From Andalucia godoyi And28 (Eukaryota > Protista > Jakobida): a stretch of 32,054 bases of DNA. Location of the stretch: NCBI GenBank assembly GCA_009859145.1, contig VRVR01000026.1, forward strand, positions 218,381 through 250,434, written 5' to 3'. Positions 29,490 through 32,054 of this stretch are shown in pieces. Positions within the stretch are counted from its first letter, which is position 1; each line of letters begins with the position of its first letter. The translations under genes and the position numbers were made by a program. Under the pieces are notes generated by a model, which was given only the letters and a program-made list of their open reading frames with translations, ran no database searches and was not told the DNA's origin.

Positions 29490-29661
29490 CTTGAAGGAAG
29501 CTTGCTCTTTGGAAACAGCGCAAAACAGAACTGACTAAACACGCATAAGAACAGATAAGAAACTTGAAAAACCACGTAAAACATTCTGTATTTCTCGACT
29601 TGAAGGCTGTGCAGCATTCGAAATGGAATGTTTTTTCAGATTTACAAACGATGGAGCAAGG

Positions 29662-32054
29662 TTAGTCGGTGTTTGGAGATACAACATGGGTCTGGAGTGC
29701 AGGGATTCTGTTTCGTGAACCAAAACCGGCTGCAGCAGGACGTACGTTGCCAGATGAGGAGCTGTTCCTTTGGAAATTTGGAAAGGACGGAGACGGCGCC
29801 ACGGCAGACTGCGCTGCCAGAGGTGGTAAAAAGTCGTTGCGCCTGCCTCCCGAGCCAGGGTCGAGCATCACGCTCAAGTGATTTTGCCATTCGGCGCGCT
29901 TCTGGGGGGCTTCCACTTCCGTTGGGGCTGCTGGAAATTCGTTTGTCGTCGACTTCTGGAGGCTTTGAACCAACAAAGCTTGGCGAAGTGGAGTGACAAC
30001 GGGCAGCTTGTTCCGCGGAACACGAGAAGATGATAAAGCCTGGTCACTCGAATCGGATTGCTGCGAGGCAGCTGCCTTGCTGCGGGCCGCCTTCAAAGCA
30101 GAGAACGTGAGGGCCGTGGATGCAGCGACTTTCTTCCAACGAACTTGGCTCTTGCGGAGTACCATAAAATCAGAGAGAAGCTTCTTGATGTACATTGCAA
30201 AGGAAAAAATGGAAGTTACCATTTCGTAAATGCTGAACAACAGGTCAATCAAGACCGTGGCAAGCTGGCAAAACGCAACGATATACGTGCATTTTTCCAT
30301 CCATGCGTTCCCACGACTATATCCGACAACCGAGTACAAAATCAGCAACTCGAACGTGTCCATGCACGCTACACCACTACGAAGAATATTGTCCTTCAAT
30401 TCCTTGCACGGCTGGCGAGATAGTAGAAACAGCGAGCGTAGCACAGATGCGCAGAGAATAAGGCTCAGTTGAGACTCAGAGGACATCAAATACGTTGCGC
30501 CGGCAGCGATTACCACTCCGTCGAAAAAGAAAACAAATACTTCTGTCATGAAGCCCCACCAATATTCCTCACGGAATGTCTGAAACAGAACGTCCCACTT
30601 CTCGTGAAAATGCACAAGATCAGGGGGAGGTCTGCGTTTCAGCATTGGAAGAACAACAAAAACGGTAAATACAATGTAAAATACAGGAATGACACACGCC
30701 AAAACCGTTTCAAATACCGGACGGATGTTAACGAAGACTGCGAAATGCACAAAGACGGCAATCGTCATCGGATAAATACTAGCAAGAAAAAGACCAAAGT
30801 AGAAGGCACGAAAATAGATCCACATTTTGTAGGGCAATCGTGGATTCTCAGCGTCGCTTTTAGCGTCGTGCTGAACTCCAGATGAATTGTCATGCGTGCC
30901 AGAAGGATGATGTTTCAGGGGATTCTTTGGACCGCTAGGTTTGGAAGCACCGGCAGCCGTTTTTGTGGAAACAGCATTTCTGAAACTGGATGACGATTCT
31001 ACTCGCTGTGAAGGACGGGCAACAACGATCATGCCCTTCTTCTTCATTCGCCGCATCCGGAACTTGACGAACGACAAAACGGCGCCCAAAGCCAAGCCGT
31101 GCAGCAATGATACAACCAAGAAAGCAAAGGCCGCCGAGCAAACCGTCAATATGAGAATGCCTTCATACGTGTTTCTGGTTTCGACCACAAACAAGCGAAG
31201 ATTTGTGTCCTCATCATAGTTTGGATCTTCACTTGGAATGTCGAATGAATTATTCAAGTCAACGTTCGGAATGGGAACTGGAAAACTCAACGCCATTAAT
31301 CCCATTCCTTGAACAAATTTGAGATACCAGACCGGAAATTGGATATTCAAAACAGACAGTCGAATAATTGACTGGAACGCGTCGACGAGAAACAAGAACG
31401 CAGGGCCTGAAGCGACAGAAGCGGCCGTCGTGCCATATGTGTATCCTTCAGATGCATCTGCGCCGACCACAGCACCTCCCGGGATGTCCGGAACGCCCGT
31501 GGCAGCTTCGGAATCTGGCAAATCACAAGACGAGCCTTTGAACCCTTTGTCACAAATACACGTACCCTCAGAAGAACACGAGCCCTTGTTGTTACAGGAA
31601 CTTGCACGACTGCAGAACACGGAGCAATTTCCACCAAAATAATTAGCACCACAGGAAAGACAATCACTACCCGTAAAACGTGGAGTCCGACAGGCGCAAG
31701 TACCGTTTCCAGACAAGCCGTCTAAGCAATAAGAAGTAAGATTATTACATACAGGACACGGACTGCACTGCGGACCGAAAAATCCGAAATCGCAACGATC
31801 ATAGTGGCGCACACAAACACTTCTGTCTGAGACGGGAATCTCTCCGAGAGGGCAAGTTGTGCACACAAAACTGGTGGAGATATTGGAATACATGCCGCTT
31901 CCGCAACTTTGGCAATTTGTCAAGGCAGAACTTGAGCTGCTGCCAGATGGACAATCCAAGCAAACAAATGCCGTGGAAGCATTCGAGTATCTTCCAACTT
32001 GACATAACGTGCAAGCATCTCCACTTGCAGACGGTTCTGATCCAGCGCTGCACG
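29662..32054 (-). CDS. Large Cys-rich (GCC/ephrin-receptor-like plus EGF/laminin-EGF) membrane protein with a TRP/PKD2-like or GPCR-like ~7TM domain, 5'-partial
   Basis: Frame stays open to the window edge (CSAGSEPSASGDACTLCQVGRYSN...). CxxCxxG repeats, EGF CxCDKGFKGSSC, then DAFQSIIRLSVLNIQFPVWYLKF and about seven hydrophobic segments. Confidence 0.8.
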   Translation of the reverse strand, partial: CSAGSEPSASGDACTLCQVGRYSNASTAFVCLDCPSGSSSSSALTNCQSCGSGMYSNISTSFVCTTCPLGEIPVSDRSVCVRHYDRCDFGFFGPQCSPCPVCNNLTSYCLDGLSGNGTCACRTPRFTGSDCLSCGANYFGGNCSVFCSRASSCNNKGSCSSEGTCICDKGFKGSSCDLPDSEAATGVPDIPGGAVVGADASEGYTYGTTAASVASGPAFLFLVDAFQSIIRLSVLNIQFPVWYLKFVQGMGLMALSFPVPIPNVDLNNSFDIPSEDPNYDEDTNLRLFVVETRNTYEGILILTVCSAAFAFLVVSLLHGLALGAVLSFVKFRMRRMKKKGMIVVARPSQRVESSSSFRNAVSTKTAAGASKPSGPKNPLKHHPSGTHDNSSGVQHDAKSDAENPRLPYKMWIYFRAFYFGLFLASIYPMTIAVFVHFAVFVNIRPVFETVLACVIPVFYIVFTVFVVLPMLKRRPPPDLVHFHEKWDVLFQTFREEYWWGFMTEVFVFFFDGVVIAAGATYLMSSESQLSLILCASVLRSLFLLSRQPCKELKDNILRSGVACMDTFELLILYSVVGYSRGNAWMEKCTYIVAFCQLATVLIDLLFSIYEMVTSIFSFAMYIKKLLSDFMVLRKSQVRWKKVAASTALTFSALKAARSKAAASQQSDSSDQALSSSRVPRNKLPVVTPLRQALLVQSLQKSTTNEFPAAPTEVEAPQKRAEWQNHLSVMLDPGSGGRRNDFLPPLAAQSAVAPSPSFPNFQRNSSSSGNVRPAAAGFGSRNRIPALQTHVVSPNTD

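Noticed and set aside
1-32054. Numerous 60-200 aa ORFs overlapping long genes
   Set aside because: Antisense or alternate-frame shadows of the real CDSs, with no independent motifs.
1-32054. Alternative genetic code (stop reassignment)
   Set aside because: TAA, TAG and TGA all terminate well-conserved genes at expected positions (TTLL9 TAA, PRKCSH TAG, HscB and USP TGA).

Overview
Compact, intron-poor eukaryotic (protist-like, probably flagellated) genomic segment. It holds about 14 host genes: TMA16, an LPMO-like secreted protein, VPS35L, an adaptin-appendage-like protein, PRKCSH, a SPATA6-like protein, HscB, TTLL9, a TPR protein, a USP10-like DUB, a small hypothetical protein, a coiled-coil protein, a membrane protein, PSMD5 and a partial Cys-rich/EGF 7TM-like protein. 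The unexpected content is intergenic. The spacers carry decayed relics of an IS607-derived Fanzor2 (eukaryotic TnpB, RNA-guided nuclease) element. Three relics are clear: ~7365-7900 (+), ~21395-21875 (+) and ~27426-27870 (-). A fourth (~6039-6274, +) is supported mainly by RNA motifs, and about six fainter traces lie in other spacers. The best copy is a ~0.5 kb internally deleted element. It joins the IS607 TnpA HTH N-terminus to the Fanzor2 C-terminus and ends in a putative omegaRNA (hairpins plus a GCCTAC/GTAGGC pseudoknot) whose 3' module recurs in two other copies. No intact Fanzor ORF is present in the window. All family assignments come from manual motif recognition, not database searches.
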